Assembly: GCA_030640025.1 (NCBI GenBank) | Contig: DAOWKC010000002.1 | Span: 506,995-570,994, forward strand | DNA length: 64,000 bases | Direction: 5' to 3' | From: Candidatus Woesearchaeota archaeon | GTDB taxonomy: Archaea > Nanobdellota > Nanobdellia > Woesearchaeales > JAGLXL01 | Shown here: in pieces, positions 29,376 to 38,691 of the stretch | How positions within the stretch are numbered: position 1 is the stretch's first letter | Layout: the number at the start of each line of letters is the position of its first letter | Program-made: the position numbers and the translations under genes | The notes under the pieces: generated by a model | What the model saw: the letters and a program-made list of their open reading frames with translations, nothing else | The model's database searches: none | Told to the model about the DNA's origin: nothing

Positions 29376-29570
29376 ATGAAACAAATTAAAAAACACCCAA
29401 CTAAAAAATGGGAAGTTTCAATCATGGAATTTGAGGATGAAGAAGGTCAAAAATTTAAAGTTACAAGAAGATTGCCAGACGCTTCAGTGGCAGAGACAAA
29501 AGTTTTTAAGAATAAAGAAGAGGCAAAGAAGTTATTTGATAATTGGCTTAATTATTTGATTAAATTTTGA
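29376..29570 (+). CDS. Small hypothetical protein
   Basis: KFKVTRR..ETKVF..AKKLFDNWL; start uncertain. Confidence 0.55.
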   Translation: MKQIKKHPTKKWEVSIMEFEDEEGQKFKVTRRLPDASVAETKVFKNKEEAKKLFDNWLNYLIKF

Positions 29571-29852
29571 TTTGAGAGTTTTGACTAATTGGGGCTGATT
29601 GAATTGGTAAATATCTGGGATGTCTAAAGAAAGGATACGTTTCTGTAGGTATTGTTTTGGGAATCTTTTGGAAATCTCTTGTCTTTGATCTTCGTCCATG
29701 ACAATGATGGCATCTGCCCACTCCATTTGAGAGTTGGTTAGGGATTTGGAACTAAAAAGACCGGCTGATTTGGTTTGAAATTTATCTTTAAGCAATTCCT
29801 CAGCTGTTTTACTTCGGTTTTGATTTTGATTGCAGACAAATAAGAGTTTCAT
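29532..29852 (-). CDS. Low-molecular-weight phosphotyrosine phosphatase family
   Basis: FVCNQNQNRS P-loop, SAG, WAD.IIVM, LDIPD. Confidence 0.88.
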   Translation of the reverse strand: MKLLFVCNQNQNRSKTAEELLKDKFQTKSAGLFSSKSLTNSQMEWADAIIVMDEDQRQEISKRFPKQYLQKRILSLDIPDIYQFNQPQLVKTLKSKFNQIIKPIIK

Positions 29853-29976
29853 GGCATTGGTTAAGATTTTGAATGATTTAAACTTTGTGGTTGAAAATGA
29901 ATCTTCTTGAGAAGGCTAAGGTATTGAATGAGTTTTAACCTTCTAAACAATTGAAATTTCCTGGTTTAGTCCTGGA

Positions 29977-30651
29977 TTATTTTGATTGCTCAATAATTTT
30001 AATTATCTGTGTTAGATTGGTAATCAAATGATCAGGCTGAGCTTTTTTTAATCTCCAGGTAGCATAATAACCATCAGTAATGGCAATCGTGATTAAACCA
30101 AGTTTCTTGCCGATTTCAATCTCTTCAGGAGAATCACCAACAATAAAAACTTCTTCTGGTTGATAATCAAGATCTGATATATATTTTCTTAATCTTTTTA
30201 ATTTATTTCTGCCTTTCATAGAACTGTCTTTAGCAGAGTTAGCTAGTAAGTCAATAAAATAATCAGTAATTTTAAATCTTTGCAGTTGGAATTCAATACC
30301 TTCAACTGTATGGTTGCTTAAGATAGTTGAATCAATGGAATTTTGTTTGAGCCAATTTAATACTTTTTTGGCCCCTCTTCTGGTTCTACATCTTTCAGCT
30401 CTTGGCTCATAAAAATCATGAAAAACTTCACCTAATCTTTTACTCTCTCTTTGCAATTCTTTTCTGTCACAACCATGTTGCGTGTAAAAATCAATGGCCG
30501 GGATAATAATAGTATCTCGATATGTTTTGAAGTCAACTGGAGTACCACCAAAAGTTCTGAGAACATGATTATCAGCATCCATGCAAGCTTGTGTATCAGA
30601 AATGATACAAGCATTCCAATCCCAAACTGCTAGTTTATAATTTTTTTTCAT
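29977..30651 (-). CDS. HAD-superfamily hydrolase
   Basis: WDWNAC (DxN variant), LSN, VGDS..EIEIG. Confidence 0.85.
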   Translation of the reverse strand: MKKNYKLAVWDWNACIISDTQACMDADNHVLRTFGGTPVDFKTYRDTIIIPAIDFYTQHGCDRKELQRESKRLGEVFHDFYEPRAERCRTRRGAKKVLNWLKQNSIDSTILSNHTVEGIEFQLQRFKITDYFIDLLANSAKDSSMKGRNKLKRLRKYISDLDYQPEEVFIVGDSPEEIEIGKKLGLITIAITDGYYATWRLKKAQPDHLITNLTQIIKIIEQSK

Positions 30652-31450
30652 TTAAAAACTACAATATTCCCTCTGCCTTTTTTACTATTTCCTAAAATCA
30701 TTTTTCAAGATTTTTTAGTTGCAACCAAAACCGCATGCATCTTATTTCTATAAATAATTTTTATGTTTTCAAAACCAACCTGCTCCATCTCTCTAATGGA
30801 TTCCCCTTCTTCCATAAGTATCTTTGACTGATGATCATATTCTTCGTGATCAATCCAGCGCTCTATCAGGTCTGGTTTTCCTTCTCTTAAAAAAATTTTT
30901 ATATATTGGTTGACTTGCCAATCCAAGAGTTTTCTGTGTTCATTAGGGTCGTCTAAAGCGTATTTGTCTGCATTGACAAAAAGACTGCCTGGAACAAGTG
31001 CACCAAATATCAACTTTAATATTCTATGCCTTGAGTTCCTTTCAAAGTTGTGTAAGGTAATGCCAGATGCAAAAGAGTCAAAACTGGTTTTCAATCCTTC
31101 TAAATAATCCAATGCATCTGATTCGATAAATTCCACTCGTCCCACATAACCTTCAAGATTTTTCCGGGCTTGGTCTAACATAGATTGTTCTTTGTCAACT
31201 GTAGTTACAACTGCTCTTGGCTCGTTTTCAAGAATGGCTTTAGCAGTAAACCCTGTCCCAGTTCCAACTTCAAGAACTCTAATTATATCCTTAGAACAAT
31301 TTTGATAATGGTGAACAATGGCTAGTCCTACTTGTTGCTGGAGCTCATCATAGTAAGGCATGGCTTTTGTCAAGAGACTGTATTCTGTACTGGTTTTTCC
31401 AGTAAACCTATTATCTTTCATTTAAAAACTACAATATTCCCTCTGCCTTT
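30646..31450. repeat. 35-bp perfect direct repeat flanking methyltransferase gene
   Basis: TTTCATTTAAAAACTACAATATTCCCTCTGCCTTT at 30646-30680 and 31416-31450. Confidence 0.85.
30705..31421 (-). CDS. Class I SAM-dependent methyltransferase
   Basis: VLEVGTGTG, VDKE..ML, LHN, LVPG. Confidence 0.87.
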   Translation of the reverse strand: MKDNRFTGKTSTEYSLLTKAMPYYDELQQQVGLAIVHHYQNCSKDIIRVLEVGTGTGFTAKAILENEPRAVVTTVDKEQSMLDQARKNLEGYVGRVEFIESDALDYLEGLKTSFDSFASGITLHNFERNSRHRILKLIFGALVPGSLFVNADKYALDDPNEHRKLLDWQVNQYIKIFLREGKPDLIERWIDHEEYDHQSKILMEEGESIREMEQVGFENIKIIYRNKMHAVLVATKKS

Positions 31451-32092
31451 CTTGATCTTTTTGACTAAACCTTTTTCTTCCAGTTCAGAAATCATCAAGG
31501 AAATCTTGCCTTCTGATAAAGGGAATTCTTTGCGAATTTCTTTTTGGGTTGCTCGTTTGTGTTTTTTGATGTAATCAAGGACTTTTTGGAGTTCTTGGTC
31601 TAATTTCTTTTCTTCTTTTGGCAGAATAATTGGTTTTAAATTTTTTAATTTGAAATAAGCCAGGATCATCAATCCAGCCATAACTATCAAAGAACCAATT
31701 AAAGCAACATAAAAAGGCCATAAGTTAATTTGCTCTGGTTCTTGGAATAAGATTTCGCTTTCTTGTAAAATATTTTGAGATTCAAAATAAGGGAAAAGAA
31801 TCAAATCAATGTTGTAAGTACCGTCTTTGGAGACATGGAGGGTTTCTTTGGTGGCTGAGATTATTTTTCCATCATCTAATTGATAAGCAATTAGCTCATA
31901 TTCTCCTGCTTCAACTTCAAAGGAATAAGTGCCATCGGTGATGACTTGCTGTTGAATAGGTTCGGTTGAGATAGTGGCTTTGCCTTGAGTTACTTTGTTT
32001 AGGTAGAAATCATAGACTTCACCTTGGATTGTGGCTGCTTGCGCTATTGAGATTAAGACTAATATTAATAGTAAATGGACCACCCATTTCAT
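31418..32092 (-). CDS. Membrane-anchored regulator: extracellular beta domain, TM, C-terminal wHTH
   Basis: Signal peptide, TM, TQKEIRK..SEGKISLMISELE..KKGRGN. Confidence 0.8.
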   Translation of the reverse strand: MKWVVHLLLILVLISIAQAATIQGEVYDFYLNKVTQGKATISTEPIQQQVITDGTYSFEVEAGEYELIAYQLDDGKIISATKETLHVSKDGTYNIDLILFPYFESQNILQESEILFQEPEQINLWPFYVALIGSLIVMAGLMILAYFKLKNLKPIILPKEEKKLDQELQKVLDYIKKHKRATQKEIRKEFPLSEGKISLMISELEEKGLVKKIKKGRGNIVVFK

Positions 32093-32159
32093 GTTAAATG
32101 TTTGGGATATGGGTAGTATTTATACTTTTTGCTTAAAACTGAGAAAATAAGGGTTATTT

Positions 32160-32220
32160 TGAGTTCTATAAAGCTTTAAATCTTTGAAATGAGTTCTATG
32201 AAGTTAATGAAGTTTAAATA
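32160..32220 (+). promoter_or_regulatory. Direct-repeat operator candidate plus TATA
   Basis: TGAGTTCTAT(A/G)AAG at 32160 and 32190; TTTAAATA at 32213. Confidence 0.5.
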
Positions 32221-32302
32221 AAGTATTGGATTTTGGGATAAATAAGTTTGTTTATAAATAAAATACCCCCTATAGGTAGATAATGATAGACAATAGACAA
32301 GG

Positions 32303-32335
32303 AAGCTGAACTTCGGTTTGGCTTTTTTGTTTTTT
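32303..32335 (+). terminator. cUUCGg-capped hairpin followed by U-tract
   Basis: AAGCTGAAC-TTCG-GTTTGGCTT (9 bp, 2 G-U) then T-rich run. Confidence 0.5.
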
Positions 32336-32393
32336 ACACTGAAAAAACTTGGTTTTTTTGGTGTCCTAAAAATCCGTTTGGATTTTTATGATA
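32336..32393. repeat. Double-hairpin element similar to the HEPN insertion
   Basis: ACAC-GAAAAAAC TTG GTTTTTT-GTGTC-TAAAAATCC GTTT GGATTTTTA-GATA. Confidence 0.65.
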
Positions 32394-32412
32394 ATTGTGG
32401 AGGCGAAAAAAA

Positions 32413-33837
32413 ATGAAAAAAATATTAGTATTGCTGGTTTTGGCTGTTTTCATGATTGGCATGATGCCGATAGTAATGGCTGAAAGAGGAGTAAAAATAG
32501 AAAAACCAAAAGCTTCTGCTGCGGTAGTAGCAGATGAAGGTACAGACGATGTAGATGATACATCAGAAGATACAGAGACAGACGAAGAAGACGAAGCAGA
32601 AGACGAGCCTGAAACCAAAAGAGAAAAGGTTCGGGATAAAGTCAAAGAAAGAATTAAAAAAGTTAGTGAAGAAAGAGTCAAGCAATTTGAAAGGTTAAAG
32701 AAAGACAAATTCTTTGCTAAATTTGAAGAAGCAAGAGAATTCAAAGCTAGAGATTTAACTAAAGCTCAATCTGACAAAGCTCGAGAAAAACTTGAACTAA
32801 AAAAGCAAGAATTTGATGCTGTTCAAGAAAGTTATCGCGCTAATAAAGCAAAGTTCTTTGAAGCCAGGGAAAGACTTCAAGCCTGCACTGAGAATTGTGA
32901 AAAAGAAGAAGCTGTTGTTGTAGAAGAAGCTCAAGAAGTCTTAGGAGATTCTTTGGAACTAATGGGACTTCAACTAGATAAGGCAGAAGCTGTTGTTGAT
33001 ATTTCAGAAGATATAACAGACGCAGAAGCTAAACTACTTCTTGATGAAATCAACGCAGCTCAGGAAAGTGTTGCTGAACTTCAAGACGAAGTTGAAGCTA
33101 TCGAGGTTGCAGAAGTGGTTTCAGAAGAAACTTCAGAAGAAGAAACAACTGAAGATGTTGTTGTTGAAGACACAGCTGACGAAGAAACAACTGAAGAAGA
33201 TGAAGAAGTAGTTGAAGAAGTAGTTGAAGAAGAAACAACTGAAGGAACTTCTGCTGAAGATGTTCAAGCACTAGCTGAAGAAATCTCAGAAGAATGGACT
33301 GAAAACGTCAAGCCTGTTGTTGAAGAAACTGCCGGTCGTGTCATGACAAGTAAAATTGGTGGAATCATTGTTAGAAGCAAACACCTGGAAATCAATTTGA
33401 ACAGACTTTTGGAAAGAGGGGCTGCCAAAGGCGCTGACACCAGTGCAGTTGAAGGATTGGTAAGCGAATTCAACGCCAAACTTGAAGAAGCTAAAGTCTC
33501 TTATGAAGAAGCCCAAGCTGGTTATGAGGCTGATAAAAAAGCCGCTAAAACCAATATGAGGGCAGCTCATAAATCTTTGAAGGATACTCACGGAATTTTA
33601 AAGCAGATCTTTAAAGAATTGAAGAGCCAAGGTTTTGACAAGGCATTAGAAGAAGACGAAGCTGAAGAAGAAGTTGAGGAAGAGGAAGAAACTGAAGTAG
33701 AGGACGAAGCTGAAGAAGAAACTGAGGAAGAAGATGAAGAAGAAGAAACCTCAGACGAAGAAACTTCAGACGAAGAAACTACTGACGAAGAAACCTCAGA
33801 TGACGACACTTCAGACGACACTTCAACTGAAGAATAA
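32413..33837 (+). CDS. Secreted, highly acidic coiled-coil protein
   Basis: Signal peptide; E/D-rich tracts; SDEET repeats. Confidence 0.75.
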   Translation: MKKILVLLVLAVFMIGMMPIVMAERGVKIEKPKASAAVVADEGTDDVDDTSEDTETDEEDEAEDEPETKREKVRDKVKERIKKVSEERVKQFERLKKDKFFAKFEEAREFKARDLTKAQSDKAREKLELKKQEFDAVQESYRANKAKFFEARERLQACTENCEKEEAVVVEEAQEVLGDSLELMGLQLDKAEAVVDISEDITDAEAKLLLDEINAAQESVAELQDEVEAIEVAEVVSEETSEEETTEDVVVEDTADEETTEEDEEVVEEVVEEETTEGTSAEDVQALAEEISEEWTENVKPVVEETAGRVMTSKIGGIIVRSKHLEINLNRLLERGAAKGADTSAVEGLVSEFNAKLEEAKVSYEEAQAGYEADKKAAKTNMRAAHKSLKDTHGILKQIFKELKSQGFDKALEEDEAEEEVEEEEETEVEDEAEEETEEEDEEEETSDEETSDEETTDEETSDDDTSDDTSTEE

Positions 33838-33896
33838 ACATTTTTTTTTATTTTTTCCATAATGTTTATAAACTTCAGAGAATGAATTGAGTTAAA

Positions 33897-34112
33897 ATGA
33901 AGAAACTATTCGCTGTTTTATTGATCTTGGTTTTAGTTGGGTTAGTAGCCTGTATGCCACCAGCAGAAATGTTGGATCAGGAGGAAACAGGAACTGAAGC
34001 TGCTGCTGATGAAGTAAGCGAGGATTTGGATGCAGTTTTAACTGTTGAAGAAGACTTAGACACTTCAAGCATGGATACTTTGGACCAGGATTTAGCAGAA
34101 ATTACTTGGTAA
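33897..34112 (+). CDS. Small acidic lipoprotein-like protein
   Basis: MKK-hydrophobic-LVAC lipobox-like. Confidence 0.65.
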   Translation: MKKLFAVLLILVLVGLVACMPPAEMLDQEETGTEAAADEVSEDLDAVLTVEEDLDTSSMDTLDQDLAEITW

Positions 34113-34155
34113 CTTATTTTTTTATTTTTTTTCTTAGGATTCTAGAGATAACACA

Positions 34156-34722
34156 ATGGTAATGGCAAAAGTTGCATCATATCGGCCGGAAGTTATGATT
34201 TCTACTAAAGAGGAATTTATACTGAGGCACCCTCATGAGTTCTTTTTGATTAAATCAAGTTTAGATTATCCGGATTTAGAAAGCCGGCTTAGTGGCGGGG
34301 AAACTTTAACAGGCCCGATAATTCCTAGAAAGAAGTTTTTAATGGATGGAGACAGTGATGTTTATTCCTTTCCTTTGAAAAAAGCAGGATCCTGGATTTT
34401 GATTGGCCGTAGTGATGATTGTTATGTCATAGTTGACAGTGACAAGGTTTCTAGAGTCCATGCTAAGATTTATCTTGGACCAGATGGAAAAGAAGTAAAT
34501 ATTTTTGATGTTTCAAGCAATGGAACCTTTGTCAATAAGGAACTGATTGACAGAAGAACGCCTATTACAGACGGTGATTTTATTGGTTTTTCACAATCTC
34601 ACTTGTTTAATTTTTATTCAAATGATAGATTTTATGATGTCCTTAAGGAGTTCTACAGGCCGAAAGGATTAAAAAGAAATAGACCTTCTTTTGGTTTTAA
34701 TGGAGAAAGAACTTTTAGCTAA
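34156..34722 (+). CDS. FHA-domain protein
   Basis: IGR..C, VSRVHA, SSNGTFVN, DGDFI. Confidence 0.88.
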   Translation: MVMAKVASYRPEVMISTKEEFILRHPHEFFLIKSSLDYPDLESRLSGGETLTGPIIPRKKFLMDGDSDVYSFPLKKAGSWILIGRSDDCYVIVDSDKVSRVHAKIYLGPDGKEVNIFDVSSNGTFVNKELIDRRTPITDGDFIGFSQSHLFNFYSNDRFYDVLKEFYRPKGLKRNRPSFGFNGERTFS

Positions 34723-34894
34723 GATTGTAGGTGTGGTGTTGTTAGTTTTGATAGTAGCTAATTTTCTGGCTTTTATTTTTGTTAAGAATCCGCCGTGGCT
34801 GTTCTGGACAATTATTGTAGTGGTGGCGTTGTTAGCTTATTTTGTAGTGCCAAGAATAAGAAGTAATGAAAAAACTAAAATAAAAAAGAATTAA
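34700..34894 (+). CDS. Small 2-TM membrane protein
   Basis: Two hydrophobic helices. Confidence 0.6.
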   Translation: MEKELLAKIVGVVLLVLIVANFLAFIFVKNPPWLFWTIIVVVALLAYFVVPRIRSNEKTKIKKN

Positions 34895-36090
34895 GCAGCA
34901 CGAAGCAATTCCCTGACTCTTTTATCCTTACCCGCTCTTTTCCATGCTTTAATTGCTAGTTCTCGATTACCAACTTTTTCATAACATTCACCAGCTTTTT
35001 CCCAATATTTAGTTATGTCAAGCCTGGACCAGACATTTCCTGCTAGTTTCCATTCACCAGCTTTTTCAAAACATTCAGCTGCTAAAACAAGATATTTCCT
35101 CATTTCTCTACCAAGGCTTTGTGCTTCCTTAGTTTCAAGAATAGCACCTCCACGTTCATATCTCTTCTCCTTATAATATTCATCCTCTTTAACCCTACTT
35201 ACTTTAAACCACGCATTTCCTGCTAATTTCCATGCTTTGGCTTTTTCAAAACATTTAGCTGATTCAAAGTATTTTTTTTTACCTTCGAAATAAGTTTCTC
35301 CTGCTAATTTATACAACTTTGCTTTCTCATAAGCCTCACCAGCTTTCTCGTATTCAGTCCAATTCTGCCAACCAGTCCCTACTCTCCTGAGATAAGTATC
35401 GCCCACTAATTTCCATGCACCAGCGCCTTCATAAACCTTGATGGCCTCATCAAAACATTTGAACTGGATAAGAATACCAGCAATTTGGAATAAGGTATTT
35501 TTAGCCAGCAAACCTTTGTGCCTCATTATTTCTTTAAGATATGCTATTTTCTCTTCCCTGCTTTTTAATCTCTTTAACTTCTTCATTAGCTGCCCTTTAC
35601 TCATTCCAGGACCATATTCTCTTTCTAATTTTAATAAAGCAGGATGTAGTTCATTCTTAAAGATTGCTTCAGTGCTTTTGATGGTTTTTTCTATTTCGAC
35701 CATTTCTTTATCAAGAGCCTTCCAGTTCTTAGCATCTAGATGTTTTTTGACTAAACCAGCCCTTCTGCTTAATTCACTGGCTAACTTTTTCTCATTGATT
35801 TCAAGCTTGGTTTCTACATTATCTATAAACTCTTTTTCACCTTCTGGAAGATCTTTTCTTAATTTATGTAATCTAGAAATAAGTCTGTTATGGGATCTCC
35901 ACTCCCTTCTTTCAAATCGCCCTTCCCAACTCTGTAATTTTTCTGCTTTCTTTGCATCTTTTTTTGCAACTGCTACTTTGAGATCCTTAAAAGTATTATA
36001 CATTCTTAAAAGAAATTCTTCAGCTCTTTTTTCTGATTTAACAGTGCGTTCAAGAGTTTTTTTTCTTTTACCAAACCATAAAAATGCCAT
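34891..36090 (-). CDS. Helical-repeat (TPR/SNAP-like) protein
   Basis: Repeated A(G/A)ECFEKA..WKLAG; GGTGA RBS. Confidence 0.7.
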   Translation of the reverse strand: MAFLWFGKRKKTLERTVKSEKRAEEFLLRMYNTFKDLKVAVAKKDAKKAEKLQSWEGRFERREWRSHNRLISRLHKLRKDLPEGEKEFIDNVETKLEINEKKLASELSRRAGLVKKHLDAKNWKALDKEMVEIEKTIKSTEAIFKNELHPALLKLEREYGPGMSKGQLMKKLKRLKSREEKIAYLKEIMRHKGLLAKNTLFQIAGILIQFKCFDEAIKVYEGAGAWKLVGDTYLRRVGTGWQNWTEYEKAGEAYEKAKLYKLAGETYFEGKKKYFESAKCFEKAKAWKLAGNAWFKVSRVKEDEYYKEKRYERGGAILETKEAQSLGREMRKYLVLAAECFEKAGEWKLAGNVWSRLDITKYWEKAGECYEKVGNRELAIKAWKRAGKDKRVRELLRAA

Positions 36091-36167
36091 ATTAATCACC
36101 TTTTTTATATAATGAATTAATTAAATCATCAATATATATAAACTTTATTGATAAATTGATAATAAAT

Positions 36168-36425
36168 TTATTCTTCACTGACCTTGAAGATTTCGTCATT
36201 GCCCCGGCATTTTTCAGGGACTTTGATGCCGATCTCATCGCCTGATTTGGCTGTTTCAACATCTTCCCGATTGATTTGCATGCTGTCAACCTGAGTTGTG
36301 AAGTCTGTGGTGGCTCCTTTGATGTGGATTTTGTCTCCAACTTTTAAGTCGCCTTCTAGGACGATGGCAGCAACACTAACTTTGTCAAAAAAATGAGAAA
36401 CTTTTCCGATTTTTTCTTCTGGCAT
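36168..36425 (-). CDS. Translation-elongation-factor-like beta-barrel protein
   Basis: IGKVSHFF, LKVGDKIHIKG.TTDF, SMQI, GDEIGIKV. Confidence 0.8.
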   Translation of the reverse strand: MPEEKIGKVSHFFDKVSVAAIVLEGDLKVGDKIHIKGATTDFTTQVDSMQINREDVETAKSGDEIGIKVPEKCRGNDEIFKVSEE

Positions 36426-36483
36426 GTTTAAAAACCCCCCGGAGTTTTTGACATCCCAGAAATCTTTGATTTCTCAGGATGTT
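36424..36483. mobile_element. 55-nt X-hairpin-X'-hairpin-X insertion between RBS and start codon
   Basis: ATGTT 36424 / GACAT 36450 / ATGTT 36479; 22-bp cap identical (inverted) to 23040-23061. Confidence 0.8.
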
Positions 36484-36532
36484 AATTCACCCCGTTAAAA
36501 GTTAAAAGAAGTTAAAGTATAAATAATTTACT

Positions 36533-37189
36533 TTATCTATTAAGAATTGTTTGAGCATACTCTTGTTTTTTTTGACTGCCGTTGTATCTTTGTAAAGCTG
36601 TTGGCCAGGGTCTGAAACCGATTGATTGGCCTTGTTTGTTGAATCTTTGGGCCTTGTGGATTAACCATCTGATGCCATATTTGATGCTTAGTTCTGGAGT
36701 CATTTTTGAACCGGTGTAATCCCATCTGTTATTTTTTCTTGGGGTTTCTCTAATTCCCTGTAAATCTGGATAACCTGGAATGCCTGATTCACTGCCGTCT
36801 CTGAGGATTTTTAAGGCAAAATCTCCTTGATTAGCAATCTGCATAGGGTCGTGACTGAAGGCGTCCTGATGGCTGCCTGATTCCTGGCAGATCATTGATT
36901 TGATTAAATTAACATCTAAAGTTTGATAACCCTGAAATCTTGAGAATTTTTGATTCCATTCGTTGGTGTATTTATTGATTAAAGAATCATATTGGTCAAC
37001 ATGTTCGAAACCTTGGAAGCTCTTGAGTTTTTGTTCTAAAGGTGACTCTTGTTTTTGTTTTTGAACAATCTTGGGCTGAGTTTTTTGGGGTTGAGTAATA
37101 AGATTATAAACAGCTGGAATCACATGGTAACCATAAATGCCCAACATGCTTAAAGTAGCTATAGTAAGGACTAGATTGTGTTTTTTCAT
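36533..37189 (-). CDS. Lysozyme-fold/SLT-like lytic transglycosylase, N-terminally anchored
   Basis: LIKSMICQESG (catalytic E), DPMQI, SIKYGIRWL, ALQRYNG. Confidence 0.75.
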   Translation of the reverse strand: MKKHNLVLTIATLSMLGIYGYHVIPAVYNLITQPQKTQPKIVQKQKQESPLEQKLKSFQGFEHVDQYDSLINKYTNEWNQKFSRFQGYQTLDVNLIKSMICQESGSHQDAFSHDPMQIANQGDFALKILRDGSESGIPGYPDLQGIRETPRKNNRWDYTGSKMTPELSIKYGIRWLIHKAQRFNKQGQSIGFRPWPTALQRYNGSQKKQEYAQTILNR

Positions 37190-37302
37190 TTTTAATTATA
37201 ACCTGATTTACTCATTTATAAACTTTTCTATAATTTTATTACTCTTGAGTGATAAATGGGATAAACATAAAATTTAAATAAAAAATTAGATTGTTTAAGG
37301 TT

Positions 37303-37656
37303 ATGGCTAAAAAAAAGAGGAAGAAGAGTTCTAAAAAGGTTAGGAGAAAGAGCAAAAAACAAAAGAAAGAGCCTAAGATCCTGGCTTATGCAAGCATTGT
37401 TTTGGGTGTAGTTGGTTCTATAGTGGTTGTAGCTGACGCTTTGGCCTTGATAATGACTCAGTATATCAATGGTCCTTTGTTGATATTTACTTATTTAGCA
37501 AGCATGGTAGTTTTTACAATTGGTTTATTAGGAGTTGCCCTGGCAACTGCTGATTTAATGGTTTTTCCTAAAAGTGAATTGGCCAGAAAAGCTATGTATT
37601 TTAATCTGGTGGTGATGTCAATAACTTTTGTGCTGATTTTATTTGGGATTTTCTAG
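37303..37656 (+). CDS. Membrane protein with basic N-terminus
   Basis: K-rich N-terminus, 3 TM. Confidence 0.65.
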   Translation: MAKKKRKKSSKKVRRKSKKQKKEPKILAYASIVLGVVGSIVVVADALALIMTQYINGPLLIFTYLASMVVFTIGLLGVALATADLMVFPKSELARKAMYFNLVVMSITFVLILFGIF

Positions 37657-37658
37657 AG

Positions 37659-37703
37659 AACGAGAAAATTTAGAATTTTCTGGTGTTTAAAAATTTTTCA
37701 AAC
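37659..37703. repeat. Degenerate double-hairpin element between convergent genes
   Basis: AGAAAATT-TAG-AATTTTCT then GTTT-AAAAA/TTTTT-CAAAC. Confidence 0.45.
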
Positions 37704-38148
37704 TTTTCAAACAATTTAATGTTTTGAAGGCTATTAACGCAATATTTTGGACGTCTTTAGGAATATGATCTTGGTTGAGTTCTTCTTTAGAGAGCCATTT
37801 GAAATCTTTGATTTCATCTTTGTTGATTTTGATATTTTTGGGATTGTTTGTTTTGCAAAGATAGAAAAGGCAATAGTGGTCGTGGTCGCCAGCTTCATGG
37901 ATGTTGACATAAAAAGGAACAGCCATGTGTTTTCTGATGTTTCCTCCATGATCAACTGGCTTTTGATTGAGAACTTCAATATCTAAATTGACTTCTTCTT
38001 TATATTCCCTGATTAAGGCTTGGTCTGGTGTTTCGTTTTGGTCGAGATGTCCACCAGGGGCAAGCCATAAATCTAATTTTTTGTGATGGATTAAAAGTAG
38101 TTTATGGTCATGGATTAAAAAGCCATTGACAGTAAGGTCTGTTTTCAT
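37687..38148 (-). CDS. NUDIX hydrolase
   Basis: PGGHLDQNE..ALIREYKEEVNL. Confidence 0.9.
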   Translation of the reverse strand: MKTDLTVNGFLIHDHKLLLIHHKKLDLWLAPGGHLDQNETPDQALIREYKEEVNLDIEVLNQKPVDHGGNIRKHMAVPFYVNIHEAGDHDHYCLFYLCKTNNPKNIKINKDEIKDFKWLSKEELNQDHIPKDVQNIALIAFKTLNCLKSLKNF

Positions 38149-38226
38149 ATCAATTCTGGATTGAGGGGTTGTTTATATAATTTGTTTTGAAAACATTTAA
38201 ATATCTCTTAAATTTAATAATCATTG

Positions 38227-38691
38227 ATGAAACAAACTATCTCTAAAGATTTGCCTTTATCTGAGATAACCTTACGAAGATATGAAAAGCCAAAGTTTTC
38301 TGAAAGGGAATTGGTACGTAAGTTATGTTTAAGTATTGGGTTATTGCAGCCTGGTGATTCCCGGGATGTGGTGGTTGATGTTCTGCATGTTCTTTTGAAA
38401 GCTAAAAAAGAGAAAAAAGAATTACATTCTGAGGAAATTAAAAACCAAGTGATTGAAGAAAGGAAGAATTTGAAGCTGCCTATTTTAGGCGTGGCTGGTT
38501 CTAATATTCGACGGCAGTTGAAACGGCTGAAAGATTTGTTTTTAATTGAGTCTGTTTCTAATGCTTATCGGGTAACTGAGTTTAGCGAGACTTCTGAAAT
38601 CTTTAAAGAGAAAATAAAAGATTTTTACTTGAATTCGATTGTAAATCGGGTGGGTGAATATTTTTCTAAGGTAGACGAAGAGTTTAAATGA
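38227..38691 (+). CDS. Conserved archaeal wHTH-like protein
   Basis: ITLRRYEKP, SIGLLQPGDSR, SNIRRQLKRLK. Confidence 0.65.
   Translation: MKQTISKDLPLSEITLRRYEKPKFSERELVRKLCLSIGLLQPGDSRDVVVDVLHVLLKAKKEKKELHSEEIKNQVIEERKNLKLPILGVAGSNIRRQLKRLKDLFLIESVSNAYRVTEFSETSEIFKEKIKDFYLNSIVNRVGEYFSKVDEEFK

Noticed and set aside
35438-36112. 224-aa + strand ORF
   Set aside because: Antisense shadow of the helical-repeat gene; other short antisense ORFs in the track are rejected likewise.
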